From Paraspadella gotoi (lineage: Eukaryota; Animalia; Chaetognatha), in contig CM119263.1 of the NCBI GenBank assembly GCA_051294375.1, positions 19,206,625 to 19,270,624 on the forward strand: DNA of 64,000 nt. The letters run 5' to 3'. The position numbers and the translations under genes were made by a program. The notes under the pieces are model-generated. The model did not search any database and was not told the DNA's origin. It saw nothing but the letters and a program-made list of their open reading frames with translations. Position 1 is the stretch's first letter, and every line of letters starts with the position of its first letter. Below are positions 26,701 through 50,126 of the stretch, in pieces.

Positions 26701-29700
26701 TTATTAATAAAAATTATTGATAAAATGTTAAGCTATTGGTATACCCGTTAGTTACAATACCATAATCGGTGATGTAAATTTTTTTAAAATTTTAAATGCT
26801 GACAAATAAACAGTCTTAGATCTCATCGCTACAGTTTGTACGAAAAAGCAGACTTTACGATCAAAAAATTCCGCAGCTTCCAATGGAGCAAGGTCAAAAA
26901 GACGACAAACTTTTGGACCAAAACGTCGCCCAAGAAGTGAGCGTAAAAGTACAGAATGAAGAATCTCTCCCGCCGCCCTATACGGTGCAGGAGGTAAGCA
27001 TCTATGCTAGATTGTAGAGAGAAAGTTTCACTAATCTTTGAATGGGCCAGCGAGGAAAACGGGCTTACCCGACCAAACGGGTCTACAATTGGATGTGCTC
27101 AAGAGCTGACGGATTGGTAAACAATGACGAACGGAACAGGAACGGCTGGCTGGCGATTCTTTTGGGAGTGCCCGTGGTAAGATGGCGGGAATCAATAGGA
27201 GACGGGGTATAAGAATAAGTTAAATCTATTTATATATAAAAGCCGACCTTAAAGTTTTAGAAGACAGAGGAATTAATTTTTAATTGGCTTGTTCATTTAG
27301 ATAATGCTTATGACCAGCGCCGTCTACTTTCTCATGGTTATGCTTCTGTGGTGTCCCACATGTGGACATAACCCAAAAGGTAAACACATCATTTATCTAT
27401 TCGAAGCTAGTTCTAAAAATTGTGATTGAACTCAGAGGGAATAAAGTTGAACTATGTGAACGACATGCGACATCAGCTGAAATCAGATATGCACCCCGGG
27501 GCGCAAAAAATTATTGGATCGACTAACGGTGGCCCGAAAGAAATCCAAAAAGCTATTTTAGGATGGAACAAGGCAAGGAAAACTATTTGTAGACAAATAA
27601 ACACAATAGCCATTAAAAATTCCATTACAGCAGAATTTTGGGAACAGAAAGGGGGTTGTGCATCACCGTGGAATGCTTATGGAAATCCTTGTGCCGAAAA
27701 GAAAACTAAGCGAAGATAATGAATATCAAGGTGAATTATTAACTAATCTACGATGAGAAAATAATGTGGAAAGAATATACATTATACAATAATCAATATA
27801 TGTAACAATATCTCTCACTAGGGACTGACAAAAAACCTTACAAGCCAACCAAGGTTTCCAAGGGTTTAGCATCGATTCTTGTGGGCGTCCTAAAAAAATA
27901 TCTAAACAAAGATCACATGCTCATGCCAGATAAGGTAATAAAAGTATAGAAGTAGTAATATAAAGTATAAATATAATAAACCGTTAACCGTATTCACAAA
28001 ATTTAACAGGAAATCGAGATAACTGGATTTATCAATAAAGAAGGCGTCGCTCGCGACGTTCAAGTGGTCGAAATCCCGAGAGTTGGAATGAAAACGGTGG
28101 CAGTGAAAGAGTTAGAAGATGGTTCGAGGAAGATGGGCCCAGTAATGGGTGCGAAGGCCAAGAACAACGTTGAGAGCAATAAAGACGAATACATGCCGGT
28201 TAAAGAACTATTCAAAAAGACCATCGACCGAATTGGAGCGTTTGGACGTAAGATTTCTATGAAATGAAGTAATCATGAATCTATAAGAGAAATAATATTA
28301 AAACTTAAAATTTCAGCTCGTGAGAAAGACGACGAGGAAACGGATCCTTTTACTTTGAGTGAAAAGTAGAAACGAGGCTAAAACCAGTGTCATAAACTAC
28401 CTTGTTTTTTCTTTAGCATTTTTGGGGAACCTCAATAAAATAAACTAGCGCTTTTTCTTTGGCGAATTTGTTTTTCTTAATTTCATTTTTGTAATAAAAA
28501 GCGATTGTTTTTAGCTTTTCTTAACTTTGACCGTTAAGAATCTCGAAACGATTACCTCCGAAAGGGCTGGCGGTAGCAATGGTATGATTAGCAGGAACGG
28601 TGGTGGTCATAGCCGCCCCAGGTGCGCCAAAAGCAGATCCAGCCATAGTGGCGGTTGGGGCAGGAGCACCGAATAGATTTCCACCGCCAAAGGCGTTCGA
28701 ATTAGCGGTTCCGCCGAAGAGCGATCCCCCAGTGGAGAGTCCCCCCGCGGTGGTAGTATTGAAAGAAAAAGGTTTGGCTCCTGTCCCTGATGTGCTCGGG
28801 AATAGTCCGCCTGAGTTCACAAGAAATTCGTGAATCTTTTGAGCAGCCTTTAGAAAAGTGGGTAAAACCATACCTGGTTGTGTGTTGCCAAAAATGCCAC
28901 CACCGGCTTGAGGGGCAGTTCCGGTCGGATTGGTACCCAAATTGAAGCTAAAGGGTTTTGTTGTAGTTGGCTGACTTAAACTGGTGTTTCCGAAAAGTCC
29001 AGTACCTGTGGCATGAGCGGATATCAATTTTAATTAAATAAATTGGAACCTTAATTCAGCCTTTTGACGTGGAAGCACCTGTAGGGGCGGTGGAGCCAAA
29101 AGTTGAAGTGGAAGTTCCACCAAAAAGATTAGGCGTCGTTCCGAAAGGCGCAGACGTGGCCGGTTTTGATCCAAACAAATTCGACACTGCAGAGAACAAG
29201 AAAAATCTGAATCAGCAAAAATAATTCGTAAAAATATTTATTTTCGAAAATGCACGCCTACTTCCTTCGTTGTTAAACAGCTGATTTAAAAAAAAAATAT
29301 ACGCTGTTCGTAAAATAAAAACGAAAAGAATTACTTGGCGCCTGCGGAGTATTAAAGGAAAAAGCGTTCGTCGAAGCAGCTGAAGGCTGCGCGAAAAGGC
29401 CCGACGATTGCGTCGTCGGTTTAGCCCCGAATGTTCCAAATGAGGACGTTGGGGTGGCGCCGAAAAGTCCACCGCCCGCTGTCGTCGTCGGTTGTCCGAA
29501 TAGAGGCTTTTGGGCCTGCTGTTGCCCAAAGAGTCCCCCAGTGCTGCTTGGCTAAAAATTAAAAAAAATCACGATATATATAAAGAATTTTTTTGGAACG
29601 AATTCGACGAATTCATGTTGAACAAACCTGTGACCCAAAAGAGAAAGCGTTGGTGGTGGTGGGGGCGGGCATGGCGAAAGTCGCGGTGGATGTGGGTTTG

Positions 29701-31494
29701 GCGCCGAAGATGCCCGTCGACGCGGCTGTGTTTCCGAAGAGCGATGGGGTTGCCGTTGTCTGGGTTCCAAATAAGCCCCCGGAACTCGTCGTCGTCGATC
29801 CGAAGAGAGGCTTAGTTGGAGCCGTTGAACCGAAAAGCCCGCCCGTACTCGCGGGGGTGGCGAAGAGTCCGCCGGCACTGGCGCCGGGTTGCGGGCCTTT
29901 CCTATAGAGAAAAGTCAGATGAAAAACTAAAATAGTCAATTAGTCATAATAGACTTACAAAAGAGAAATAGATCAGCAAACCTATTTTCGGCGTAATCCT
30001 CCATCCTGAGCTCTTCGATGGATTTGGATTCATACTCCTTCATCACCGTGATGCATTGGTGCTTGGTGTTGATGCTTACTTGCTGGTTATTTTTCATCAT
30101 AGTGTCATTCCCGCTGACTGGATTGAACTTAATCGTCGTTCCAACTGGAACTTGGGATGTAGCTGTGGGAGAGAAAGTGGAAATATTAAAATAATAATAA
30201 ATTTTAAATAAAAACCTTGAATTTGGGTTCAAGTGCAGTATTTTTTTTTTATTTTTTATTGAAAACGAATATTTCGATATTATTTGACAGATCATCGTTC
30301 AGGGTAAATAGTAAAAGTGATATGAGGGAAAATAAGAAAGAGAGAGAGAGAGAGAAGATGACAGGCAAACAATACAACATGGATATACAATAACTCCCTC
30401 CCCCCACACATTTCAAGATCCAGGGTATTAAGGAGCGGTTTCTATGCATCTGACATAAGTCCCCATGTCTTCATTGAGGCCTCCCTCCCTTGATTTATCC
30501 CTGTTGTAGAGTTTGACTGTCACCTGCTCTCTCTCTCTTTCTTTCTTTCTTAGCTCTCTTTCCCCCCCCTCATTTCACTTTTATTATAATATTTATATAC
30601 CTTGAATGACGATCTGTCAAATAAGATCGAAATATTGGTTTACAATAAAAAAAAACACAAAAAAACTGCACGTTAACCAAAATTCAACGTTTTTAATTAA
30701 TGCATATCGATGACTCTACAAAAATATTAAGTTTCTTTTAAGAATTTATTATGAGTACTATTAATATCATAGTTTCTGCGATGCTAATTTAGCCACTATA
30801 AGTATAAAAATATGAAATATTAAATATAAAATACTGAAAAATGACATAAAAAATATTAAAGATATCCAATTTCAAAAAAAGTATGGCAAATATTACCCCC
30901 AAAGAAGGTGGTGGAAGGAGTGGTAGTAGTGTTCCCAAAAAGAGAGGTAGACTGTGTGGGCGCCGTTGAACCGAAAAGGGATCCTTCAATCGGTTTTTAA
31001 AATACGTAAACAAATTTATAATCGGAACTAAATTTTTTATTACAAAAGCTTACAAAAATTACGTAGCTACTGACCGGTGGGTTTGGCGGTCCCAAATCCC
31101 CCGAATCCTGCGCTAGTCGAGGGTGCGGTTTGACCAAAGAGTCCGGTGGCGGCTGCATTGTTGTTGTTCTGATTGGCGCCGAAAATAGACGTGGTCCCAG
31201 TGTTACCTCCGAAGGAGAATCCGCCCGATGATGTCGTTGCCGTTGAAGTTGCTGTATTGCCAAATAACGTTCCAGCCGCGGGAGCTGTGTTGCCAAAAAT
31301 GGAACCAGTATTGGCTGAAAAAAATTAGTTGAAAAATATGAATGTCAATCCGAATTATTTTAAACAGATTACTAACCAGTGGAAGAGCCAAACAGCCCGG
31401 TGGATGTTCCTCCAAATGCGCTCGTAGTTCCCGTGTTTCCAAAGGTCCCGGTCGTGCCGAACCCGCCAAAGGCATTTTTTTGACCACCGAACAT
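17734..31494 (-). CDS. NUP98: Nuclear pore complex protein NUP98-NUP96 precursor, multi-exon
   Basis: Start [17 protein letters not shown]-type repeats (28.5-31.5 kb). GLEBS motif [18 protein letters not shown]...[25 protein letters not shown]. Autopeptidase domain ([31 protein letters not shown]; HF/S cleavage site at 24750-24758). NUP96 motifs [27 protein letters not shown] and C-terminal [20 protein letters not shown]. Confidence 0.96.
18435..18786. mobile_element. Degenerate relative of the hAT MITE in a NUP98-96 intron
   Basis: Begins TAGAGCGTAGTGAAA. Internal TTTTGACCAACTTAAT...AAAAAAGAGTT...AACTTTTT...GAATC resembles 32886-32962. Confidence 0.5.
20725..20877 (+). mobile_element. tRNA(Gly)-like-headed SINE-like element
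   Basis: Acceptor-like stem GCGGCCA/TGGTCGC, A-box-like TGGTGCAGGAGG, T-arm CCGGG-GTTCTAG-CCCGG, CCTCCCA anticodon-like loop with a poorly paired stem. Followed by TAAGAGGGACGGGGCGCTTAACCC and a hairpin. Confidence 0.55.
22173..23856 (+). CDS. Nested antisense gene A inside a NUP98-96 intron: ~140-aa single-pass (near tail-anchored) membrane protein of unknown family
   Basis: Exons 22173-22200, 22314-22473, 22603-22716, 23736-23856 (423 nt, GT-AG, phases 1/2/2 consistent). Translation: [21 protein letters not shown]...[95 protein letters not shown] near 23917. Confidence 0.72.
26883..28369 (+). CDS. Nested antisense gene B inside a NUP98-96 intron: ~318-aa single-pass type II membrane protein of unknown family with an N-terminal PPPY motif
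   Basis: Eight exons 26883-26993, 27051-27176, 27301-27379, 27436-27572 (GC donor), 27631-27730, 27822-27934, 28010-28247, 28317-28369 = 957 nt with no internal stop. Hydrophobic [29 protein letters not shown] spans an exon junction. AATAAA at 28434-28439. Confidence 0.85.
30226..30678. mobile_element. MITE/foldback element with ~90-bp inverted termini in a NUP98-96 intron
   Basis: Left GTGCAGTATTTTT...TCGATATTATTTGACAGATCATCGTTCAGGGTA; right TACCTTGAATGACGATCTGTCAAATAAGATCGA...AAAAACTGCAC. Confidence 0.7.
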
Positions 31495-32554
31495 AGTTTT
31501 TGCTCAATAATTTTTTCAAACTAGTATTTTTTAGTTACAGCATGTTCTTGAGACGTGATGAAATGCATCAAATGAAAAAATCAGTTCTGCATATTTAAAA
31601 AATACGTATCTAAGACTAAACGAAAAAAGTTAGATAATTGCATTCCCTCCCCGTGAAAGAACCCCCTCCTCGACCTAGCCGTCTTTAATAGCCAGAGACG
31701 TAGACCAAAACATAGTAATTGTTGGTTACATCTGTGCAAGACTGTCAACACCCTGTGAAATAAGGGGAAATGTGCGCCGGAAATTTTCGGTTTTTAATTT
31801 CAGGACATCCAGGGCAGCGCAGGACGGCGCAGAGCAGCGACAGCGCAGCAGAATCAACCAACGTCGCGCGGGTGCTGCTGAGAGGGTCGCACGCTGCTGT
31901 GCTCGCAGTGGAAACGCAGGGTATCCAGCTTAACGAGCTAGATTATTAATGTTATTGACGTTGTTTTAATTGAAGTGTTGTTCGATATTTTAGCCACTTT
32001 CCGGTCTTTTTAATTATAGTTTATCTCGTAATTAACCTTCTTTCTTCTGTTTCTTTTACCTTTTTGCTTCTACTAATCACCTGACAGTCTGAATCGACTT
32101 CGAGGTTCTAACCTCGATTCTCAGAAATGATTAAAAAGTTGATCTTTTGTTGTGCAAGAACCGAAACTCTCGAAAACCAGCGACATCCAGAAAAACCAGC
32201 CTATTCCTGACAGAAACCTCGACGAAAGTTAATTTCGCTATAGTTAAGATATAAGCTAAGAAAAAGAATTATTAAAACGTACTTAAGTAAAGGATGGTGA
32301 AGAACAGTCTGCATAACGAAAAACGGATTATCTTTGCAATGGTTAACAGGAATTAACTTCTTGATTCTTCTTTGCGTTCCACTTGTTGGTTTCGTGAAAT
32401 ATTAAAAAATAATAATTTAGGTATGGAATTGTTCGGGAATTCAACATTTTAGCAATGATCTGTAGTTTTCGGAAGGTCTCTTTTAGTTTAATTGAAAGCT
32501 TTTAAGACGGCGTCTAATCAAAACAAACAGCAATAGACATTGACCAATGACCAG

Positions 32555-33162
32555 TAGGGTGAAGTGAAAGTTTGGAATGAAAATTTAGCAGTTATATCTT
32601 GAAAATTCTCATATTAGTGAATACTAATCTATAATTTTTTTTTTTTTTATAAATATAGTCGCACCAGTCGCTTATTTTGTATATAGTACTACCCTTATAT
32701 AATGTCAAAATTTCAAAATGGTTTTTTTTTTAATTCTGAGAACAGATTCAGATTCCTCGTTAAAAGTTAATAAAATAAAGTATAAATTTTTTCAAAATTA
32801 TGTCATTAAGTAGGTTAAAATTACAAAAAATTATATTTTTAAGCTGGAAATTTAAAATCGCGTCTTTAAATATAGTTTTTTACATTTTTGACTAACTTAA
32901 TAAAATAATTTTTAAAAAAGAATTGTACTTTCTTATAATAACTTTTTCAAGGAATCAAATCCGATCTTAAAATTTTAAAATTTGTATTTTGAAATTTTAG
33001 CCTATTATATACTTATTACTATATATTAATATAGCTCACTGGTGCCCACTAATGTATAAAATTAAAAAATAAATTTACCAAATATTTTTATTGGTTTTTA
33101 TGTTCATTTTTTATAATTTTAATTTGATATTTCTAAAATTTTATCATTTTCACATCACTCTA
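32555..33162. mobile_element. hAT-type MITE with an 8-bp target-site duplication
   Basis: TIRs TAGGGTGAAGTGAAA / TTTCACATCACTCTA (13/15 match). ATGACCAG is duplicated at 32547-32554 and 33163-33170. Internal inverted segments GCACCAGT / ACTGGTGC. Confidence 0.85.
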
Positions 33163-34914
33163 ATGACCAGTGACCAGTTACATCTTATAAATCACTCAAA
33201 AGTAACTAATCATAAATAACTTGTATACCTTAACAATTTATCCCATCCACCCCTTTCTTTTTATACATTTAAATATTTAGATTTTTCAATAAATAACTTC
33301 CTAACAAGAATGATGGCTAATAATATCTTATTAGAAACTAGGGCAGAAAGTAATTTTAACCTTGTGTTGAATAGATGTTCCATCTATTTCCGGAAGGCAA
33401 CACTATCATCTCTCTCCCCATTACTTTATTAGATATCAAAAAAATAATAGTTGAATCAATTACTTATATGAATTTCACTAAACTATTATGAAATTGGTTC
33501 AACCAATAAATTTTTTTTTCTTTCATTTAATAAATAAGTTATATTACCCCTGACTTTGGACAGGCATTGGTGGTTTAAGGCCGCCCTCACTCTTACACTT
33601 ACTCTTACACTCTGCGCGCATTCCCTCGATGATATTATTAAAATAAACTCATGTTCATTTATTCCAATTTTATCTCGAATTTTTCATACTAAAAATTCCA
33701 TTCTCCACTTGATGGCAGCGGTGGGTCCCACCTAATTGGTGGGATTACACCTACAAAGAATATATGTCTGAAAATGGCAAAAAAATGGACTTTTTGAAGA
33801 AAGGAGAAAAAGTCTTCGCAAAACGACATAAAATGGGTGTTTTTTTTTACATCCGGAGGATATACGAAAATTGGACTAACGTTTCTCCTGCTTCGTTAAA
33901 GTCTCTTGACTTGAAAACGACTTAAAAACGACATCTATTTTTTGCAGTGTTCTTCTATAAAAGCCTCGTGGATCGGCGATAGGAGGGGCGATGTTTGAGA
34001 CCAGTGGATCATGTCTGCGTTTGTGGCGACATGCACCGGTAGTCACTTGTACGTGTACTGGAGAATCAGCTCTGGTACTGCCTTCTGCACCACGGGATCT
34101 GCGTCATGATGCAACATCATCACTATATTAAAACCCATAATGTTTACTTGTCGTTTTGTGATGTTGACCGTGTTCATGGGGGCTATCAACTTCATCACAA
34201 ACTGGATGTCTATCGCGATTCATAAATCAAAACTACGTAATTAAACTCTGCTTCTATTTTCATGTTTTCACCTCCCCCCACCAGACTTCTCCACACCGGC
34301 CAAATTCTTTAAAAATTCCAATGCCCGCCAAAAAATTATTTTGATCCCTCTGTTCAATTAAAACGTCGGTCGCAAAAACTTTACCTTATATGGCATTCTT
34401 TTTTGAATTGTTTTGTTAACAATATAACCAAATTTTCTCTCTCTATAAGAATGAATGCCACATTGTACAATTAGCCAATTCGATTCCATTCGCTTTTCTG
34501 ATTTCAATACATCGATTCATCTCATTTTGTTCGCCATTTTTATCTCGACCACTTCCAATTGCATAGCAGGTCTCTGCAAGCTTTCAATCAAGACTCTCTC
34601 AAAGTCTCGTTTATTCCCTTCCAGAGTTCCTGGTTTCCCTATTAATGAAGAGGTATAATATGATTTTAAAATTTTTATCAAATTTAGTTTAATATACTAA
34701 AACTAGTAATCTTGCAATTTTTCATATATATTTCGCAAGGCCTTCCATAAATGGCATTTTAAGTAGGTAGATCGATATTGCTAGCCTATCAAAGATAATG
34801 TGAGAAATTACAAATTTAATTCAAAACATAAGTATTTATTTTAATTAATAAGATGTATTTTCTTGCGAATATATGTTTCGAAAACTAAACAGACGGACAA
34901 GTGCGTGAATTTGT

Positions 34915-35070
34915 CCAATAAGAGTTTGGCCGCCGACCAATCAGCAGGCTCGTTTTCCAGCCACGCGTTATCACGAACCCCTGTTCCGGTACAGCGTCCG
35001 TAACGCCGGCGCTCGTGACGCCTCCGCGCGTGACGCCGCCGCCATTTCCGTCGCATTTCCTTCTTTCCAT
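34915..35070 (+). promoter_or_regulatory. CpG-rich promoter upstream of the knottin gene
   Basis: Two CCAAT boxes (~34915, ~34937), TGACG half-CRE sites, YY1-like CGCCATTT and a pyrimidine-rich initiator-like TTTCCTTCTTTCC, ~250 bp before the ATG. Confidence 0.5.
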
Positions 35071-35303
35071 CCTCACAGACTTTTTTTTTTATTGTCGGTA
35101 TAAGAAAAAGCTCTGTTAACTTACATTTATTTTCATCGATTCGAGTAAAAAGTTTTCCGGGACAATTGAATAAACCGGTTATCTCTTTTAAATTTTGTTT
35201 TCATTTGAGCTTCAAATAACAAGGACTTCTTATTTTTTTTGTTCACCCATCTTTTCCACTAAGAGCGGTGAAAAGAAAGAAAGGAAAAAAACTTTCTGTC
35301 ACC

Positions 35304-45461
<10,158 letters not shown>

Positions 45462-47410
45462 AATTAGGCGGTGGTCCCGGGTCTTATTTTCGTAGCTGAA
45501 GACAGGATCAAAACGAACAATTGATAAACTGGGGAAATTCACAATTTTACATTCAGGGATAGTACGTAGAATGACAAATAACATATATATTATTTAGTTT
45601 AGTACAAGTTCGAATCGTTAAAGCTAAATAACTGGGATTGGACCCTGGCCACCGAAGCGACGGACGACGGAAGACTGAATTCCGGATGAAATGAAAGCCG
45701 GAAATCGCTGCCTCCTCGGGGCGGTTTAAAGGACATGCGCTTTTATCAATATATTGAATATTATACTATGTGTCTATTTTGTTTCAAAAAAATAAGCCAT
45801 CGTGTTGAATTTCGGTTTTTTTGCACTCGTAGCTCAGATAGAAACTTTGTTCGACACCACCCGTCACGTTTTTCCTCCTTGATCACAAAACACAAGATCA
45901 CAAGAATCTAGCCCCTTCATTTCATTTATGGTTTAGAAAACATCTGGAAGTACCGAAGGGATTATTGGCTCCTTTTTTTGTCTTCATTAATCTGTTCATT
46001 TAGTCTCATATCTCATTTAAGAGAAGGCAATTGGTCTTTGACATTTACTGCTGTTGCACTATGAATTTGTAGAACGAGTCTTGGTCTAATCCGTTTTGTA
46101 GCTTTATGTCGATTCTAGTAAGAGCACGATATTTTTTAAAGACTTAAAACAAAATAATTGTCAAACATAAACGATTTATTTTCGATGAACCAATAACTGT
46201 TTCTCTGGATCTGAAACTCCTGAATAAACACAAGCAAGTACGATCTCCTTCCATTTTCAGATCACATTTTAAAAATCAGAATGACGCTTTGCAATTGTCG
46301 AAAACATATGTGAAAACAAAGCGTGAGTAAAAAATAGTACGACTCCGAGAATTCGGCCTGTTTCATGCACCTACATAAACCTAAAAATAATAAATCTCTC
46401 GGTGAAAAAAAACATTTTCTCTTTACGTCATCTTTCAAATTTATGATTATTATCATTAAACCTGTTGGTAATAAGTCAGTTGTTGGGCCCCAGCTATTTC
46501 TATAATCTTTTTTTTAGCGAGAAACATGAAATATAAATTAGCGTCGAGAAAATTGGATTGAAAGTGCCATTGGCGAAGCTTCGAGCGAGACGCCGCGCCA
46601 TTTTACAACATTGAATATTTTTCTTTAATTTCAAGCTTTCGCGCAAAGCTACTAACGTGTTTAGCAAATAGAATTAGAAATTGTCGGTCAGTCAGTCAGC
46701 AATTTTGCGACTACATGTTACATGTTACTCTCCTTTTAGTAGGGCCGCGATTACTCACGAAGCAACTCTTGGGAGAAAGGTGATGAGATTCTTTATGTGC
46801 ATGACCATAGTTTCATTGCGACGTAATTGATATAATACTTATTCATTATATGTTGGTCATACTTGTCAGAGATGTGAATTATCATTAAACCTTTTTGCAC
46901 ATATCTTTCATACTTGTATTAGCTCGTAAAATTATGTCACGTGATGTTAGGTAATTTTCTAACACTAGTTGTAATTGTTTTATTAATTTACGAAGCTTTG
47001 ACGTACGGTATTGAAAAAAGCATCCTGCAGTTAGCCGTAAACTTTGAAGTGCTTTAAATTGGGTTTAAAAGCAAACAACTGAGTCGAGCTGGTTTCATCT
47101 TTCTCTTCTATCGGGCTTCTCTTCGTAAAAGCGTAACGACTGGAAACCAATCGTTATTTGATTAACCGAAAGGAAACCGAGACTCAACAGAAAAGTAAAT
47201 CTATCTCACATTTTCGCAAGGGCAACAACAACCACAAGAAAAGCTATGGAGGCAGTCAAATGCGTCCTTTTCGCGTGCCCAGAATCGAAGAAGAATTTTC
47301 ACTTTCTAAGAGAGGTGATGGAGGGAGGAGAAAAGATAGGAAAAAAGACGCGGAGGAATGTTAAAAAGAAAAAAGAAAATTAAAAAGACAGAAGAAACAA
47401 ATTGCAGATG

Positions 47411-47544
<134 letters not shown>

Positions 47545-50081
47545 AGCAGGGGAGGGGTTTGAGGAATTTCCAGCCGGAAATTAACGATCAGCTGATTTCA
47601 TGAGGGAAAAGACCCGTTTTATGGGCCACCCCCACACACAATCAAAAAGAGAGAGAGATAAAAAAGAAAAAACCTTGGGGGCTAAAGAGGAAAATAAATA
47701 AAAGAAAATACATACTGACGATGATTAGAAAAGAAATATTTAATGTTTTCTTTTATAAAAAGCTAAATATAATTATGAACGTTATTAAGAAAAAAATATT
47801 GCCGGAGGTTTTTCCTTCATTTCCAATTTTTTATAATTTGCAGATATTGAGTTTTCTCTTCTCCGCTTTTTTTTTTCGCTGTTTTTTTTTTCTCTCTCTC
47901 GTTTTTTTTTGGTTTTGTTTATTTTCGTTTCGGGCGATTTGCTCCTTCTGCATTTCCCCAGCGTTTAGAAGTTGGCAGAGACGAATGAAACCGAAATCAG
48001 AGAGAATGGAGAGCGAAATGGACAGAAATAGGAGCAAATGGAATCGGAATTGGGAGAGAAAGAGAGATAAGAAAGGATGGATATCGAAAGATTACTAAGA
48101 CAAAATAAAGTAAGAAAGGGCAAGTCATGGAGAACAAAGAGCATTGAGAAGTAAAAAATAAAAAAATCTGAAGAGGAAACTCGTCTCGTCTGGCAAATCG
48201 GGTATTCTAAGACGACGTCGGAGCAAAAAAGGTCAACTGAAGTTGTCAAATGGGGACTTCTGTGGCAGATGGCAGACGATCAAGAAGAAAAAGCAAATAA
48301 AAAATAAAAATAAAACTGATATATGATCACGAACAGACGTAATTTTTTTCACTTTTTTCCACTTTTTCGTTCCTATTTGCGGTGCTCCGCGAAATTCGTC
48401 TTCCTATCTCACCTTTTAAGAAGCCGGAAAATATTCAAACTTTTCTGTCGACGTCTTGACGTTTTATTTTTCGGAAGGAGATTAATTGTCCTAATTTTTA
48501 GGTGAGTGAGACTTTTGAACTATACTGAGAAAATCCGGTTAATGAGTTGTGAGGGTAAGGAACCAGAGTAATCACCAATCACACGGATCTTGCATCTTGC
48601 TCCACCAGTACTCTATTCAAAACGATACCTCTTCTTTTTTTTATTCTGTCATATGTACATCTGGCATTCAGTTCTTATTTATTTCGTATTTCGTTTAAAA
48701 AAAAAAAAAATTCAAATTATTAAAAAAAGATTTTTCTTTCTCTTTCGTTGTCTTATAAGTGTAAAATTCTCAAACTAACAAAAAAACAATAATTATATTG
48801 ATTAAGACACTACTTGTATATTTAGTTACTTTTTTTTCGTTTATAAATACAATTATTTAAATTATATAACTCTGACGAATTTTGTTTAATAGAATTTTTC
48901 TCGCGCTAACGCGGAAAAGGTGTGGCGGCTCCAAGCGATGAAAAACTGAAATATGGGAAAAAAGAGCATTCCGTCGCTTACATAAGTTTGATTGGGGTGG
49001 TGAGTAGTTTAGTTGAATTTAGTCTAATAGTGATGTGTTTTTATACAAGTTTTTATACATTTAACAAATCGTAAAATAGAAATAGATCTATGAGCTGATA
49101 TTTGTAATTTTATTGTATTTTCAATTGTAAAAAAATAAAAAAAATTAAAAACGTTACATTATTAAAAGATATAATATGTCTGTTTTAACTTTTTGTAATA
49201 CTATATTTCAAATGGTAGCGATAAAGAATCAAGGAAGATCATATTCCAATATAAATACTAGTTACTTTTTGTAAAGACCAAATTTATAAAATACAAAATA
49301 ACCTCCCAGCGAAAAGTGGTGGTAAAGAAACGAAAAATACCTAAACCATAAGAAAGCCAATCAGCTTCTGAGCGATGCAGCAGCAGACGCAGCGGCGTTT
49401 TCCTAATTCCACCAACTTTCACGCGCCTCGATGGGCTTTGCCGAGTGAGGAAAGGGCGTCGCTACAAATGAAGTCGGGTAGGGTGGCGTAGTAGTTTTAA
49501 AAAAATGAGGAGAGGTAAGAGAGTATGGCTGGAACTAAATCATGGACGTTTCAGTTGAATTTCCGAAAACGTCCCATTTCTGTTCATATTCAGTGAATTT
49601 AATTTAATTTTTAATATTAAACCCTAAAATTGTAATAATCAAATCTTTAACATTAATCGCTAATACTATTATTAATAGCTAGCCTTAATCCTTGACCTTA
49701 ACCCATAACCTTAAACCTTACCCTAATCCTTAATATTAATCCCGAAACCCTTACCTTAATCGTTAAACTCTAAACCCACAAATCGTTAACCAAATCTCTA
49801 GCTTACTCTCAAAATAATTTTTAATCAAGTAATCATTCACTCAATTAGAATATTAATGTAAGCTAAAATGCTGATTGCACGACTGAGTGTGAACTTCCCT
49901 TACCAGACGAAAAAGATTAAGTCATGTCGTGTATTATAATTAACACGGAGTGAACCTTCGTGTTCCGTTGGCAGTTGACTTAGGAATAGTAGCTTGAATA
50001 GTCCGTGGCGGACTGAAGCGGAAAAATAGGAACGTGGTAGAAAAAGACAAGCTATTAAGTATTTAACAGCAGAATATTATT

Positions 50082-50126
<45 letters not shown>

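Noticed and set aside
45640-45735. HDV-like ribozyme (CCTCCTCG loop)
   Set aside because: Only a simple hairpin is visible; no P1/P2 double pseudoknot could be built.
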